Assembly: GCA_942492765.1 (NCBI GenBank)
Contig: OW818634.1
Span: 217,159-281,158 of the forward strand
Source: an uncultured bacterium
GTDB lineage: Bacteria > Patescibacteriota > Patescibacteriia > Patescibacteriales > UBA12465
Reading direction: 5' to 3'
DNA: 64,000 nucleotides
Shown: one piece after another, positions 63,046 to 64,000 of the stretch
Layout: every line of letters begins with the position of its first letter
Position numbering within the stretch: position 1 is the stretch's first letter
The notes under the pieces: model-generated
The model's database searches: none
What the model was told of the DNA's origin: nothing
Seen by the model: only the letters and a program-made list of their open reading frames with translations
Translations under genes and position numbers: made by a program

Positions 63046-63441
63046 TTAAGTCTTCTGTAAGCCGGCCTTGCTCTTGCCGCTGCCCATAGTCACGCGCTTA
63101 TTGCCTCTAACCGTGCGGCTATTGGTCTTAGTGCGCTGCCCGCGAACCGGAAGATGCTTAGCATGGCGCAAGCCGCGATAGCAGCCGATTTCTCTCAAGC
63201 GCTTGATATTGCTCTGGACCTCGCGGCGCAGATCGCCTTCAACCGTATACTTCTTTTCGACGATTTCCCGAAGCGTATTCACTTCAGTTTCTTTCAAATC
63301 CTTGACTCTGGTATCCTTATTGACCTTGGCGTCAACCAAAATCTTATTGGCGCGAGTAGTGCCAATGCCGTGGATATAAGTCAGAGCGATCTCGATTCTC
63401 TTGTCATTAGGGATGTTAACTCCCGCGATTCTTACTGCCAT
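63046..63441 (-). CDS. rpsM: 30S ribosomal protein uS13
   Basis: [27 protein letters not shown]. Confidence 0.92.
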   Translation of the reverse strand: MAVRIAGVNIPNDKRIEIALTYIHGIGTTRANKILVDAKVNKDTRVKDLKETEVNTLREIVEKKYTVEGDLRREVQSNIKRLREIGCYRGLRHAKHLPVRGQRTKTNSRTVRGNKRVTMGSGKSKAGLQKT

Positions 63442-63453
63442 AATATTAAAAGA

Positions 63454-63567
63454 TTAACCTTGTCTTTGTTTATGTTTAGGATTCTTGCAAATAACATGGA
63501 CGCAGCCTTTGCGGCGGACCACTTTGCAATCTTTACAAATTTTTTTAGCGCTGGCTCTTACTTTCAT
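63454..63567 (-). CDS. rpmJ: 50S ribosomal protein bL36
   Basis: Not in ORF track (37 aa). Hand translation: [37 protein letters not shown]. Confidence 0.92.
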   Translation of the reverse strand: MKVRASAKKICKDCKVVRRKGCVHVICKNPKHKQRQG

Positions 63568-63594
63568 ATTAAAGATTTATCTAATTAACGTGAA

Positions 63595-63858
63595 TTACAT
63601 GCGATAAGTTATCCGGCCCTTGGTCAGGTCATAAGGGCTGATCTGCAGCTTGACCTTATCTCCCGGAAGCAAGCGGATCTTATTCATCCGCATTTTTCCT
63701 GACAGATGCGCCAGAATCTCGTGGCCGTTCTCAAGACCGACCTTGAAGCTGGCCGCTGGCATCAGTTCCAACACCTCGCCCTGCATCTCGATGAAGTCTT
63801 TGGCGTTGAGAGTAGCGGAACCGTCGTTATTATTTTCTTTTTCGTTTGACATTAACAC
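63595..63858 (-). CDS. infA: translation initiation factor IF-1 (about 15-aa N-terminal extension)
   Basis: [49 protein letters not shown]. Confidence 0.92.
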   Translation of the reverse strand: MLMSNEKENNNDGSATLNAKDFIEMQGEVLELMPAASFKVGLENGHEILAHLSGKMRMNKIRLLPGDKVKLQISPYDLTKGRITYRM

Positions 63859-63946
63859 AAAAAAATTTGATAAAGGCCAAAGAGCGTTTTATCAAAATTC
63901 TTTAAAAATTATTTAAGATATTTTTTCGCTTGATCTTAATAAAATT

Positions 63947-63975
63947 ATTATAGAGATAAGTTTGGAAGTTGTCAA
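63947..63975 (-). promoter_or_regulatory. perfect-consensus sigma70 promoter TTGACA-17-TATAAT heading infA-rpmJ-rpsM...
   Basis: rc(63970-63975)=TTGACA; rc(63947-63952)=TATAAT; 17-nt spacer. Confidence 0.75.
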
Positions 63976-64000
63976 TAGACTGGATTATTTCGTTAAGACT

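Noticed and set aside
1-64000. Scanned for CRISPR arrays, rRNA, transposases, integrases, reverse transcriptase/DGR elements and restriction-modification genes.
   Set aside because: No regularly spaced direct repeats and no ORF with the corresponding signatures were seen. The only mobile-looking element is the repeat-flanked higBA cassette.

Overview
64-kb segment of a small, streamlined bacterial genome, coded almost entirely on the minus strand. It looks most like a Candidate Phyla Radiation / Patescibacteria (Parcubacteria-like) organism. That placement is inference, based on four things: no L30 gene between rpsE and rplO, a DUF5671 protein, an archaeal-type AspRS next to AsnRS, and many lineage-specific small ORFs. 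The genetic code appears standard, since TGA is used as a stop (e.g. greA) and RF2 is present. The core is a rearranged ribosomal super-operon read right to left: infA-rpmJ-rpsM-rpsK-rpsD-rpoA-rplQ-rplM-rpsI, then a ~7-kb wedge of non-ribosomal genes (MFS transporter, prfB, GNAT, higBA, comEC, a hypothetical, an M50 protease, divergent rpmB), then rpsL-rpsG-fusA-[unknown 127 aa]-tuf-rpsJ...rplO-secY. Two unknown genes follow secY, where adk/infA normally sit. Further left are housekeeping genes: map, ruvX, recO, aspS, asnS, scpAB, a DD-carboxypeptidase, gtrA, dnaG, rpoD. Next comes a tRNA-Asn with a compositionally patchy accessory stretch, then envelope and glycosylation genes. From 8.6 to 14 kb there is a run of seven small monocistronic cassettes, each with its own sigma70-type promoter and intrinsic terminator. 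The items most worth follow-up are: (1) an unannotated 56-aa protein with 11 Cys at 21275-21445, whose promoter/operator is duplicated in front of the neighbouring 99-aa gene; (2) tandem stand-alone PurH-type IMP-cyclohydrolase domains, one with degraded signature motifs; (3) a higBA cassette bracketed by a perfect 21-bp direct repeat (about 66 bp imperfect); (4) an RpoA with no alpha-CTD; (5) unknown genes inserted in the str operon and after secY. No CRISPR array, rRNA, transposase, integrase or reverse transcriptase was seen. All calls come from reading the sequence and the ORF track by eye; no database search was run.
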